A stretch of 64,000 bases of DNA from Azolla caroliniana. Lineage: Eukaryota; Plantae; Polypodiophyta. The position numbers were made by a program, and so were the translations under genes. Of the stretch, positions 40,642-54,873 are shown one piece after another (position 1 is the first letter of the stretch; each line of letters starts with the position of its first letter). A model generated the notes under the pieces. That model had not been told where the DNA came from. It worked only from the letters and a program-made list of their open reading frames with translations, and did no database searches. Location: positions 17,794,001 through 17,858,000 of the forward strand of contig JBHGNT010000016.1 in NCBI GenBank assembly GCA_043228905.1, given 5' to 3'.

Positions 40642-42940
40642 TGTGAATGTACAACAGAATAACGAACATAAGGCTTAATGGAAGGCTTAGAACGAAAGGA
40701 AACATAGAGTACTTGGGAGAGATAGAGAGCAAAAAGCACAGAAACATGATTAATGGATGTGCTCAGAGAGCACTTTTATACAAGTCCATACAGACTGACA
40801 AAAGTACAGAGTCGTACTTCAATGCTGATTAATGAGCCCCTACACTAACTCCCAAAACATATTCCTCCGCGGAATATCTATCCAACGGCCTCCCGGTTTA
40901 AACACTGATACGACCTTTAGTTGTGCACCCAGTTTACGCACCTAGTCTATGCACTGGTTTACACAGTGGTTTACGCACCCAATGTTGAGCTTGTATCTCA
41001 ACACTCCCCCTCAAGATCAACTTGAGGTTCCGCCTGCTCTTCCGGTTCTTCGCTCCGGCTTCTCCTGGCTTCACGCATCAGTCGCGCTCCTCGACCCGTT
41101 CGATTCCGCATGCCTCAACTCTTTCTGTCGGCTTGTCTGCTCATGCAGCCTTTCCCAACTCCCTTGCTGTCGCGGTGTTGGTGCCACTTTCGTTGCCCCT
41201 TCTTCCGCTTGGCCTTTAGTTGATTCAGCATCTCTAAATCGAACATTCGAACCGAATCAGTTGTCTCCGATTTGTTTTCGCTTTTCTCCGAATTGGTTGT
41301 CTCCAATTCAATTTTCGTCTTCAGGCCCTTGATCACATCTGACCATGTCTTGGGCTTGGCCTTCTTTCCCTTCTTGTCTTCACCTCCCCCTCGTTTGGCT
41401 GATTTGGGCTCTTCCTTTCGGTTGCTACCCCTATTTCCGCTGACCTGAATTCGAATTCTTCATCCGACTCGGCTTCGCGGTCACTTCCACTCCTTTCCTG
41501 GTCCCTTTCATGGTCTTTTCTCCCCCTCAAGTTTGGCACGTCGAGGTGCCACAAACCAAGTGCACCCGAGAATTGCCGCAACTTGTCGAGACCAAGGGGC
41601 TTGGTGATGATGTCGGCAGTTTGCCGAGCCATCGGAACATATACTAGTTCGACTTCACCGGAGAGGACACGCTTGCAGTAAAAATGGTAGTGCACCTCAA
41701 TTTGCTTGGTCCGGGCGTGGAAGATGGGGTTATTTGCAAGTTGGATGCTACTGAGGTTGTCACAGTAGATCGTTGTCGGATTAGACACCTCCACCTGCAG
41801 ATCCTTGAGTAGCGTCTTGAGCCAAATGGCTTCGCATGTCACGAAAACCACTCCTTGATACTCAGCCTCCGTGCTCGACAATGCAACTATCGGCTGCTTT
41901 TTGGTGCTCCAGGCGATCGCAGCGCTCCTAGATGTGGATCTACGATCGCCGGCGTTTCCGGCCCAATCGACATTCGAGTGGCCGACGAGCTGTCCGGCAA
42001 TACCGATCCCATATAGCAGCGCCCTATCCTTAGTGCCACAGACATAGCGCAATATCCTTTGTGCGCACTGAAGGTGTTTGGTCATGGGCCGCGACATAAA
42101 TTGACTGATCAAGTCGACGAGGTAACTGAGATTTGGCGGAGTGATTGTGACGTATGCATAATCATGCGTATGCGCCATGTACTCGTTGTATCCGAACCGC
42201 ACCATGGGGTCCTTTTGGGGGGTAGATCAGCGTAATTGCTCATTAGCCGATTTTGAGGCCCTCTTGGCCAACGTGTACTTCGTTTCCAAAGGTTTGTCTT
42301 TGTTCTTCTAGGAGTTAGATTCGCTTCAATCCGAATTTTCTTTATCGGTGCCGTACTCCGGCATCTTCTTCTTTCCCTTCTCTTCACACATAAGCTATCT
42401 CCTTGACTTCCGGCTCGGGAATTGCACGACAGAGTCTCCACTACTCGCCGGCTCGTAGTGGGGCTGGTCATTCCGACTCAGTCTCTCATTCGGCCTGCTT
42501 AACCTGAGTGAAATCGGACTCTCTTCAAGAGCTCTGATTGCTTCTTCGTCTGGAGGCATTTCGGCCGCAATGACCTCGTCTTCAGAGATCAGAATGGGGT
42601 TGTCAGGTGTTAGAGGCGAAGGGAAGTACCACGACGTGGATTCGTTGAATACGACATCTCGGCTCACTCAAACGTGCTTGGTATGGGGGTTATAGCACTT
42701 ATAATCCTTTTGTTCACATAAGTAGCCGACCAACACGCATTTCTCCGAATTCGGGTGCAACTTCCTTGGCTTCTCATCGGGCATGTGCACATAGGCAATG
42801 ATCCCAAATACCCTCAGGTGTCGTAGGTTTGGCTTCCTTCCAAAATACAACTCATGTGCAGACACATTTTCTTCGATTCGATTCTAGATGTAGACCTCGG
42901 TTCGTACCGCTTCGGCCTAATAGAACTTGGGCATGCTCTT
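40642..42940 (-). mobile_element. Copia element 2 (3' LTR ~40642-41003; integrase and RNase H remnants; RT deleted)
   Basis: PPT CTTGAGGGGGAG next to LTR; SSTEAEY, CDNLSSI, QTADIITK; HLRVFG..AYVH. Related to Copia element 4. Confidence 0.85.
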
Positions 42941-43196
42941 TGTTGGGAAATCGGTCCCTCCAGATGGGATTCGGTGATGAATGAAGAGGACCCGGTGAGA
43001 ACCAGAAGAGACCCGGAAACCAGATCGGATGGACCCGGTGAGAACCGGAAGAGAAGACATACTTGTAAATATGTTTTGAGTAAGCCTATTGAGGCTATAT
43101 TTGTAAATAGACCTAAGTTCATATAAGTATAAATATGAGTTAGGGCAATCACTTTGAAAGTATTGTTGTCATATTGTTGTATGTGCATACCTGTTG

Positions 43197-43235
<39 letters not shown>

Positions 43236-46200
43236 TAGCTACAAGCACTTTCTGTTGTAACCGCCGTCTGGCGAAGATCGCAAGCACGAGGTCGTTACCT
43301 CTATGTTTCCACTTTGTATTTCCTCTCATATAGTGATAGTTCAGAGTCCGTGGGCTCCCGTGGTTTTTTCCCGATTAGGGTTTTCCACGTAAACATCCTG
43401 TGTACTCACTATTGTCTGTGTGTGTACGTGTGTTCTCTCCCCATTTCCCATTTTTGTGTTTGATTGTCATTGAAGTGGTTGTGGCCGAGCAATATTCTGC
43501 ACTATTTCCTACAAACTGGTATGAAAGCGATCAACACAGGAAATGGAAGCATCGTTCGGCGGCATGTTCAAGCTCAATGGCTCCAACTACTCAGTGTGGA
43601 AGTCGAAGATGAGGGATATGCTGGTGGTTTAAGATCTTTGGTTTCTGGTTCAGTTTAGGGACAAGAGACCAGATAAGATTGATACCACAGTATGGGAGGT
43701 GATGCACATGAAGATGACGACATACATCCGGTGCTTCATCAACATGAGGTTGTACAACAACTTCAATGAAGAAAGTAAGGCTCATGAACTCTGGGAGAAG
43801 ATCGACATCATGTTCCAGAACAAGAATGCTGTTAATCGGGTTTTGGTATTCCAGAAGCTAGTGAGGCTCCGATACCAGGACGACTCCAGTATGGCAGAGC
43901 ACATGAATGCCTTCCTAGGACTGATCCACCAGGAAACCTCATTGGAAGTACCTCTCGCGGATGAGGTACTCGCATTGCTCCTGCTCGGTTCCCTCCCGGA
44001 TAGCTGGGATACGTTAGTTGTCACGTTGGGCAACACCGGGCCGGAAGGAAAGGAGTTGTTGCTAGCAAGGGTAAAATCAAGCTTGCTAGATGAAGAAGCT
44101 CGTTGAAAGGACCGAGAATCCGGAACCGATCCGAAGGCCTTGGTTACAGAAGATGACCACAACCAGGGAAGAGGTCGGTATCGGAGTCTCCAAAACCGGG
44201 ACAAATCGGGGACGAGGTCAAAGTCAAGGGGGAGGCCTACTTGCTTCTAATGTGGGAAGCCGAGGCACTTCCAGAAGAACTGTCGGCATTTCCGGAAAGA
44301 GAAAGGAATCAACAGTGCCGATTCGAATAAGGGTTTGGACCGGAGAGGCCCGGATTGGAAAGGAACGTCGGGGATTGTGACAAGTGAAGAAGAATTGATG
44401 CTCATTACCGAGGAAAATGAGTTAAACCTTGTCAGCGACGAGACAACGTGGGTTGTCGATTCTAGAGTGTCGTTCCATTTGACACCGTACCGGAGATGTT
44501 TCTCATCCTATGTAGCCGGAGATCACAGTTGTGTCCGGATGGGGAACGAAGGGACCTGCCGAATTATCGGCATAGGAGATGTGTTGTTGACGACATCAAC
44601 CGGATGCAAGTTGCTGCTGAAGGATATCCGACACGTTCCGGAGGTTCGACTGAACCTAATATTAGCCGGTCATGTAGATGATGAAGGCTACATGGGTAGC
44701 ATCCGGAAGAGAGTCATGAAATTCAGCAAAGGAAGCCTGATTGTGGCTCGAGCCCAGAATATTAACACGTTGTACCTGATGCAGACCAGGATATGCCGGG
44801 AAGAAGTTAACGTAGCATCCGACACTCCTGGTGAACTTTGGCAGATGGGACTGTGCCATATGAACCAGAAGGGGATGAGACAGCTTGCCGAAGATAATGT
44901 CATTCCGGAGGTGAAAGACGTGCAACTTGAGAAGTGCACCGATTGCTTGGCCGACAAGAAAAACCAAACCTGCTTCCGGTCAAGACCACCGATGAGACGG
45001 AATGCACCATTGGAGCTAGTGCATACTGATGTGTTTCAAGTGGTCAGGAAGTCGCATGCCGGATCGCAGTACTTTGTGAAATTCATAGACGATGACAGCC
45101 AGAAGCTGTGGGTCTCACCGTTGAAGACAAAGGATCAGGTGCTATTTGTCTTCAAAGAGCTCCACGCGAGAGTGGAAAGAGAAACCGGCTGGAAGATGAA
45201 GGCGGTTCGAGTAGATAACGGAGGAGAATACTGGGGGCAGTTTGAGGAGTATTGCCGATCGAAGGGAATCCCGCTCGAATTCACCGTGCTGAAGACGCCA
45301 GAATTGATTGGGCTGGCTGAACGGATGGAGAGAGTCTGGAGCATGCTGGCACATGCAAAATTACCCAAGAAGTTCTGGGCTGAGGCACTGATGACGGCGA
45401 CCTATGTGATAAACAAATCACCCTCTTCACTCTTGGAAGGAGACTCACTGCAGAAAGTATGGACCGGTAAGGATGTATCTTACCAGCATCTAAAGGTGTT
45501 CGGGTGTCTCGCCTATGTGCATGTTGCAAAGGACAAGAGAGCAAAGTTGGATCCGAAGTCTAGACCATGCGTATTCTTTGGATACGGCGATGACGAGTTC
45601 GGTTACCGGGTGTGGGATCTGGTCGACAAGAAGGTGTTCCATAGTCAAGACATAGTCTTCATGGAAGACAGGACCATTGTCGACTGGGAGTTGGAGAAGA
45701 AGAACTGCAGATCATCCAATGAAAACCGGTTTGAGGACACAAGGATCTACCCGGTTGAAAACCGGATGTTGGCCGGCAACCGGAGGACACTTGACGAACT
45801 GACCGGTTTCAGACAAGAAACCGAACCGACCGAAGAAGAAGAAGAGGAAGAAGACACTGGAACCGGACAAGATCCCAAATCGGATTCGGATTCAAAACAG
45901 ACAGAGGAACCGATTGCCGAAGAACAAAGACGGAGATACCCTCTCCGAGAGAGAAGAGCCCCCCAGAGATTTCCGTATGTAGAGCATGTATTGCTAACCG
46001 ATGAGGGGGAGCTAGAAAGCTTCGAAGAAGCAAAGAAAGATACCCACAGCTGCAAGTGGTTGAGTGCCATGCAGGAGTGGTGAGCCGGTTCATGAGCAAT
46101 CCTGGGAAAGAGCACTAGAACGCGGTCAAGTGGATACTCCGGTACTTGAAAGGCACCTCGAGTATGTGCCTCCGGTTTGGCTCCGGTACCCCAACTTGAT

Positions 46201-47277
46201 GGATTCATGGATTCGAATATGTCGGCTGATGCAGATACCAACCGGTCTACATCTAGATATGTCATGACTTATGTAGGGGGAGCTGTATCATGGCAGTCAA
46301 GGCTGTAGAAGACGGTTGCATTGTCAACCACGGAGGCAGAGTACATGGCAGCTGTGGAAGCCGGCAAGGAGATAATCTGGATGAAGGATTCATCGGAGAG
46401 CTAGGGATCCAACAGGAGGAATACCGGCTCTACTACGACAGTCAAAGTGCCGTTCACCTTGCAAAGAACGTGGCCTACCATTCCTGGACGAAACATATCT
46501 AGTGGAGGTACCATTGGAGATCCACACGGAGGAGAACGGGTCAGATATGCTGACCAAGTTGTTGACAACTAACAAGCTGGATGCGTGCCGAAAGCGGATC
46601 GGGCTGGCGAGACATCCCATGCCGGAGTGAAGGGGGAGATTGTTGGGAAATTGGTCCCTCCGGATAGGATCCGGTGATGAATGAAGAGGACCCGGTGAGA
46701 ACCGGAAGAGACCCGGGAATCGGATCAGATGGACCCGGTGAGAACTGGAAGAGATCTGGAAACCGGATCGGATGGACCCGGTGAGAACGAGAAGAGAAGA
46801 CATATTTGTAACCATGCTGACCAAGCTGTTAACAACCGACAAGCTGGATGCGTGCCGAAAGCGGATCGGGCTGGCGAGACATCCCATGCTGGAGTGAAGG
46901 GGGAGATTGTTGGGAAATAGGTCCCTCCGGATAGGATTCGATGATGAATGAAGAGGACCCGGTGAGACCCGGAAACCGGATCGGATGGACCCGATGAGAA
47001 TCAGAAGAGAAGACATATTTGTAACTATGGTTTGAGTAAGCCTATTGAGGCTATATTTGTAAATAGCCCTAAGTTCATATAACTATAAATATGAGTTAGG
47101 GCAATCACTTTGAAAGTGTTGTCATATTGTTGTATGTGCATAACTGTTGTATAGTAACATAGAGAGAGGGGGAGAGAGAGAGAGCGAGAGAGTAGCTATG
47201 AGCACTTTTTGTTATAACCGCCGTTTGGTGAAGATCACGAGCATGAGGTCGTTGCCTCTGTGTTTCCACTCTGTATT
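42941..47277 (+). mobile_element. Copia element 3 (Tnt1/Tork-like); 5' LTR 42941-43513; RT deleted; duplicated 3' end
   Basis: PBS TGGTATGAAAGC 43517-43528; gag LLLLGSLPDSW; PR-IN ORF 44335-46083; PPT GAAGGGGGAGAT before LTR starts at 46641 and 46908; interrupted at 47278. Confidence 0.9.
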
Positions 47278-50200
47278 TGTTGAGAATCAAGCTCAACTTG
47301 GTCTAGTGTGTGAACTCACCTTGAGAGTGAATAGACACTCCAACGGTCAAGAGTCACCATTAAGTCACCTCTTTGTATTCTAGCATTTATTATGAGTCAT
47401 AGAATCATATTCTATGACACATAACTTATGAGCTTTCATATTCCCCATTCTCCATGAGCCTTGTAGTTAATGAAGAGAGAGGGTGACTATATAAAGCACC
47501 CTACTCCCACCTTGTATTGGGTTGAGTCTTTCTCCTTTGTTAATATACTTAACCTTGCGTATTCTCTGTGTTTTACTCCTTGTCTCGCTCACACTCTCTC
47601 TCACACACTCACATAACATACATCTTTCCGCTACACAAGAATCATATCTGATTCTTTACATGGTATCAGAGAGATTTGGTAGCTCAATCTAGCCCATTCA
47701 CCTCATCGTGATCGTGTGTTGTGCTCTACGCCGACGACCAAGAACCGGCTCATCGCTATCGTAGCTTTGCTACATAGCTTGCATTCGAAGAGAGAAGAAG
47801 AAGAAGAAGAATCGACATAATGAATACTCAAATGGGGAGCACTCTCCCTACCGAGAAGTTGGATCGAAACAACTTCGCATCTTGGGAGTACAAGATGCAC
47901 CAATACCTTGTCGGACAAGGCTATTGGAGCTACATCAAAGGAGTGCATGAAGACCGACCCGCCAAAGCGGCTTCCGGATACGTGACATGGGAGCAAGCCG
48001 CAAGCCGCGTGATGTATTGCTTGGTGACATGTGTTCACGATCACATACTCGGCTACATTCGCGAAGCCAAGACGCCAAAGGAGGCATGGGAAAATCTATG
48101 AAAGATTTTCGTGGCGAACACAACCGCAAGAAGGCTTCAACTCCGCTAAGAGTTGAACAACATTCAACAAAGGGACATGTCCATCACGACATACACCTCG
48201 AAGATCAAGGAGCTTTGCGATTCGCTCGGCTCAATAAGCGTAAATGTCGATGATGATGAGATGGTTCAAATCTGCCTCGGCGGCCTCGCACCACGGTTCA
48301 GCGCGATGCGAACCGCCGTTCTAGCATGGGAGAAATCTCCATCCTTCTTCGAACTCCAATAAATGCTATTGGTCGAAGAAAACCATGTGCGTACAAGGAG
48401 CAATGAGTCGGAAGGCCACATGCACTACACACACTCGAACGGAGGAAGAGGACGCAGACAGTCGAGAGGCCAATTCGGCCAAGGACAAGGCGGACGAGGT
48501 CCGACCTACGATAACAACTCCCAATTTTGGCCGCAAAACAGAAGCCAACGAGGAACCTTCGCAAGAAGGGGGAGCTTCCATTCCGGCCCGAGCCGTCAAA
48601 ACGCAACCGAATGCGGATATTGTGGAAAGCTCGGCCACCACGAAGAAGAGTGCCGAAAGAAGATGCGTGAATCGGCTTCCACAAGCCGACAACTCACGAA
48701 TTACGCGCACAATTCCGACTACGAAGAGTATAGAGGAATGTACGGGCACAACTCCGACTACGAGGATCGTGGCGGAATGTACGCATACAACTCCCACCGT
48801 GGCAGAATGTTCATGATGAAACATAGAGCAAACTCTATGTCGGCCTCTACCTCAACTAGTGCCCTCAATTCAGACGACGTATGGTTTGTTGACTCCGGAG
48901 CCTCAAACCATATGACATCTCATAAAGAATGGTTTCTCGAACTTGGAGAGCCGGAGCGACCCGGTTATGTCGAAACCGGAGATGACACTACGCACCTGAT
49001 TCGGCACATCGGCAATGTTCCATTCGGAAAAGAAGGTAAGAAAAATTACATTAAAAATGTCTTGCATGTACCGACCATTACGAAGAATTTGGTCTCCGTT
49101 GGCCAAATTGTAGAGCAAGGGATGCAAGTTCGATTTAATCAAGGCGGTTGCTTCATCGAAAAAAAGGACCGACTCATTGCACGCGTACCGACTCATCGAA
49201 AAATGTTCATTCTCGACTCACACGAGATGAGGGCATGAAAGCCGACTCCGACATAGAGCTGTGGCACAAGTGAATCGGCCACATCAATCTCAACAAACTC
49301 AAAGCAATGAAATCGAAAGGAGTCGTCATCGGACTCCCGACATTCAAAGAGAAGGAGATTGAAGGTGTATGTGAAGCATGCCAATACGGCAAGCAACACC
49401 GACACCCATTCCCGAAAGAGCGGAACGTGAGCAAAGGTCTACTTGACGTAGTCCTTTCCGACGTATGGGGACCAGCGCAGACGGCTACATTCGGCGGATG
49501 CTGATATTACGTGCTCTTCATCAACGACTTCTCCAGGCACACTTGGATCTACCCGATGCGGCAAAAGAGCGAAGTGTTCGGACACTTCCAAACATTCAAG
49601 AATGAAGTCGAGAAAGCCACAGGCCGATATGTACGTTGTCTTCGATCGGATAGCGGCAAGGAGTACTTCTCGGACGATTTCACGGCGTATCTCCGAAAGG
49701 AAGGAATTTGGCAAGAATTCACTTGCCGACACACTCCGCAACAAAACGGAGTAGCCGAGCGCGGCACATCCTCGAAGTAGCGTGGGCCATGATGAACGAG
49801 AAGCATATGCCTAAGTCATATTGGGCTGAAGCTGCAAATACGGCCGTCTACCTAATGAAACGATGCACAACATCCGGAGTGCACGAGGTCACTCCGCACG
49901 AAAAATACTTCGGAAAGAAGCCGGACTTATCGCACACCCGTATATTCGGCGCAATAGCGTACGTGCACATCCCCGACGAGAAGCGTCAAAAGCTTGACCC
50001 GAAGTCGGAGAAATGTATCCTCGTAGGATACTCATTGGAGCAAAAGGGGTACAAGTGCTACTACCCCTCAACTCGAAAATCTCGAGTAAGTCGAGATGTC
50101 GTTTTTGACGAGTCCGCATCCTGGTACGCACTAGACACAACTCCGACTCTGACTCCGCTTGACCCGGAATCCGCCGAATAAGAGATAGAGGATGAAGATC

Positions 50201-52095
50201 GCCTTACGGGCATGTTCGAAGAAAGTCCGATCACGACCCGACTGAGCGGACCACAAGAGCCTTTGACCGATCAAAGCACATCACGGCCTAGCCCGAAGAT
50301 GGACAAAGGCAAGGCGAAAATGTCGGAATATGAAGACGATCGCTTCGCCGACGATGAGTCAACTCACTCATTCGACAGTGAGTTCGGCGGCTTCGAGGTA
50401 CCAATCGGAGCTAAGAAAGCCCTCATCTCTGCAAATGAAAAGCTCCGCCGATCCACCTGTGAAAAGAACCCCATAAGCCAATTCGGCTACAATGATTATA
50501 TGGCGTACCATTATGCCTTTATGATGAAGGTAGCGACAGTACGGGAGCCAAAAACCTTTTCTGAAGCCGCGAAGGATCCGCGATGGATCGAAGCAATGAA
50601 TGAGGAGATGCAGGCACTACGGAAGAACGAGATGTGGGATCTCGTTCCCACCTCACCACACAAAAAGGCGATCGGAAGCAGATGGATTTACAAAGTAAAG
50701 TACAACGCCGACGGTTCCGTCAACCGCCACAAAGCGCGACTCGTAGCGAAAGGCTACGCCCAAACGCACGAAGTTGACTACGAGGAGACCTTTGCCCCGG
50801 TGGCAAAGATGACGACGGTATGGACTGTAATTGCGCTTCCCGCAGCGAAAGGATGGCACCTCCATCAAATGGACGTCAAGAACGCCTTTCTACAAGGCGA
50901 ACTAGAAGAGGTGTACATGATACAATCACCCGGTTTCAACTCGAGCACCCATCCAAAAGTTGTATGCCGACTCAAGAAGCCACTCTACGGCCTCAAGCAA
51001 GCACCGTGTGCTTGGCATTCGAAGATAACGCAATATCTTCATCAAATCGGCTTCCGTATGTCAAAATCGGACAACTCCCTCTACATACGAAGCGATTCCG
51101 CAAGTCCGATCGTCATCATCTTATATGTGGATGACCTAGTCATTGGAGGTGAGCATCTCGTCGAAATCAATAAAGTCAAATCCCTCCTTTCCGACAAGTT
51201 CGAGATGACGGACATGAAGGAGCTCCACTACTTCCTCAGCATTGAGGTAATTCAGACTCCAGCCGGAATCATGATTTCTCAATGACACTACATCGTCAAC
51301 TTGTTATACAAGTTCGGTATGGCTAAGTGCAAATCCGTGGCAACCCCGCTCGATCATAATCTCAAACTAGATGCGAACTCCGGCACCAAAGCGTGTGAGC
51401 CGACTCAGTATCGGCAACTCATCGGGAGTCTCATCTACCTCCCGATTACTCGACCCGATCTCAATTATCCGGTTGGTCTCCTTAGTCAATTCATGCAAAC
51501 ACCGTGTGATACTCACTTGGATTGCGCTAAGAGAGTTCCACGATATGTGAGCGGCACAATGGATTGCGGCATCCTCTACAAGACCGTGATGCCAATATGC
51601 CTCGAGGGCTACACAGACGCTGATTGGGCCAGCTACAAAGCCGATAGAAGATCAACCTCCGGATTTGTTTTTTCCCTCGGTAGTGGAGAAATATCTTGGA
51701 ACAGCAAAAAGCAACCAACCGTCACTCTTTCGAGCACAGATGCGGAATATAGGAGCGCGACAGTGGCCGCATGTGAAGCCGTATGGCTCAAAAGGATACT
51801 CAAGGATCTAGGCGTACCCATCAAGGATCTGACATCCCTTTACTATGACAACATGAACAGTATCTATTTGGCTCGAAACCTGGTGTTCCACGCACGGCCA
51901 AAGCACATCGAAGTGCACTATCACTTCATTCGAGAGTGCGTTCTAGCTAGCGATGTCGACCTACAACACATTAACACCAATCTTCAAACGGCCGACATCT
52001 TCACTAAAGCCTTAGGAGCCGACAAGCTCTGGCAATTCATGACCGATCTCGGATTGACGATCCCTGACCTGCCAAGCTTGAGGGGGAGTATTGAA
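47278..52095 (+). mobile_element. Copia element 4; 5' LTR 47278-47660; 3' LTR lost
   Basis: PBS TGGTATCAGAG; CGYCGKLGHHEEEC, WFVDSGASNHM, TPQQNGVAER, QMDVKNAFL, LYVDDL, GYTDADWA; PPT ~52079-52088; several nonsense codons. Confidence 0.92.
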
Positions 52096-54744
52096 GATAC
52101 TACGCAATGACGAGTGGATTCCGCTCCTTTTTTAATAGCGTCGCTATCTTCTCTTTTTCTTTTTTTTTGTAACGGTTACATACAACCTATTTTTACATTA
52201 TGATACAAGTGGGGCCATCCACTTACGCCGCGGGTTCTTTGGCTTTGTCCTGTCCGGCGGTGAATGGGTTAGGTGGCGTAGGGCCCAGGTAAGGTTTAAG
52301 GCGGAACCCATTCACCTTTTGTCGTAAGACTTCCCCGGCCAGTGTGCCTAGTTAGAACGTGCCTTGTTCCGCTCTTATTATCCAGTACGGGCCTATCCAG
52401 TGGAATCGTAACTTCCCTAGCATATGGCCGATGCGGGTTTGGAAAACCAGTACCGCTCGATCGACCGCGAAATCCTTTCCCCGTGCGTTCCGATGTCGAT
52501 CCACAAATGCTTTACGTCGTCGTTGTTCCTGCTCCAACACCGCCATGTTGTGTACGCGTTTTTCGCCGAGTTCGAGTAGCTGGTGTAGCTATACCTCTTT
52601 CGACTTGGCTTCCGATAGTCGGTCCCGTACCTGAATCCGTAAAATGGGTATCTGAAACTCTACCAGCATCACGGCCTCCAACCCAAATGCTAGTCGAAAC
52701 GGTGTTGACTGTATACTTGTTTTGTAGCTGGTTCTGTACGCCCATAACGCACTCTGTAATTTGGTATCCTAGTCCGTTCTATTTTCATTAACGATTTTCT
52801 TCAAGATGGTCTACAACGTCTTGTTGGTGGATTCCGCTAACCCATTCGCCTGTGGATAATATGGCGTACTTTTCTTGTGGACTACGGCGTAATGATGCGT
52901 TAGTTCTCGAACGACCGTATTGAGAAAGTGGCTCCTGGTCACTGATAAGCTCAATCGGACAGCCGAACCGACACCAGATGTGTTCGTAAAGGAATCTCAT
53001 TGTGACGGCCGCCATATTCTCTCGTAGTGCCTTTGCTTCTACCCACTTGGTGCAGTAATCCGTGGCTACCAATATGTATTTATTGCCCGTATGGGCCGCC
53101 GCCGCTATGAAGGGGCCCACAAAATCCAATCCCCACTTTTGGAAGGGATCTAACGGTAATACGGGCTGGTGAGGCATCCTTGTGCCCTCCGTGGGCTGGC
53201 CTATCCGTTGACACAAATCGCACTTTGTGCAATACTCGTATGCATTCTTCTGTGTAGGCCTACTTGCCATATTTTCCGGGCCGTAACATCGCCCGCGTAA
53301 TGGCCGCCTGTCCTGCCTCAGTGAGCCTCCCGTAAGACTGTTTCTTTCTCATCCTGACGTACACCACGTCGCCAAATGCCATCGCTGCCTTTGTGATATA
53401 AAATTCCTTCTACTAGGCAGAAGTTATGGCCCTAGACGGCTAATTGTTTCTTCTCATCCGTGCATAATTGTGGTGGAGGCACTCCCGTAGTAAAAAAGTA
53501 TGTCATTTCCATAAGCCACCGGTCCGGAAAGGTCGTTTCCATTCTTTCTGCTAGTGCTGCTACCCGCAGAATGTCTGCGTCCGGAATGTCGTCGTCGTCC
53601 TTCTGTACTGTTTCTCCATTATCGAGTCCACTAAAAAAATCTGCCACTGCGTGTTGCATACCCGGCCGGTGTTGAATTACAAAATCAAATTCTTGAAGCA
53701 GCAGCATCCATCGCGCCAATTTCCCCGTCAGTGCCTGTGTCTCCACCAAATACAGGAGTGCCGAATGATTCACGTGGAACGTGAATTTCCTCCCCAACAA
53801 ATAATGCCGGAATTTATTGATACTATAGATCATCCCTAAGGCCTCACGCTCCATTGTGGAATAGTTACGCTCCGCTATTGATAATTTGCGACTAGCGTAA
53901 TAGACTAGCCGATACCAATTCGGTTCAGTGAGCTGCATTAGCGCACTTCCTATTGCTATGTCCGAGGCATCTACGAACATGTGGAATGGCTTCGCCCAAA
54001 CTGGTGGCTGTACGACGGGTGCTTGTGTGAGCATTATCTTGAGCGCCTCATAGGCCTTGTCCTCCGTTGCAGTCCATTGGAAGGGAGTCCGATGCACGAC
54101 GGCATGTAACAGCGTGGCGAAGTCCGCCAAATATCGTATCATTCGACTATGCCATCGTATTCCGCCAAAAACCGGCTGAGTGATTTCACATTTGTCGGAG
54201 TTTTGGCTTGAGTAATCGCGGTGTCGTGCCTTTCGGCTCCGGATCGTTGCGTGAGTCGGGTGGGAACCGCCGAGGTTTTGGACTAGGAGAAAGAAGAATA
54301 TGAGATGAGGCTAGTAATGAATATATTATTAGAAAGATATAAGAAACTTGTGAATCCCACAAGTATAGATTATATTATTTTCGTGAATCCCACGATTATA
54401 TTAATCGGTTGGTGTTTTCGGAAATATATCCAATTTCCAAATATTTCACACACCTATTACATTGTGCTCCCCATCCTTATGTAGTGATGGGAGAGACTAA
54501 GCATAGCTACATGCTTTTTTCTAATATGTTCATACACACTAAATGTGCATGTGATGCTTTTCTAATCCTTGCTTTTATTTGCTAAATATAGTGCTCATGC
54601 ACGCTAGATGTGCATGAGTCACTTTTTAGTTGCTTGCGTTTTTCTATAAAATATTCACGCACTCTAAATATACATGATTTACCTTTTAATAAAGGTAGGC
54701 GCAAATAAAGCACTTATAGTTATTAAATCTTTTTATAGAACACT

Positions 54745-54820
54745 AAAGATAAGGTAGCATAATGGTAAAGTTGAGGTTTATCTATGTGGAGGTACAAGGT
54801 TCGAATCTTGCCCTATGCAC
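54745..54820 (+). promoter_or_regulatory. tRNA-like cassette in NA1 LTR (second copy ~57514-57589)
   Basis: TAGCATAATGGTAAAG...GGAGGT-ACAAG-GTTCGAAT-CTTGC. Confidence 0.7.
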
Positions 54821-54873
54821 GTGATAAATATCTTGATATTCTTATTTTATTTATTTATATGTAATTAAATCGG

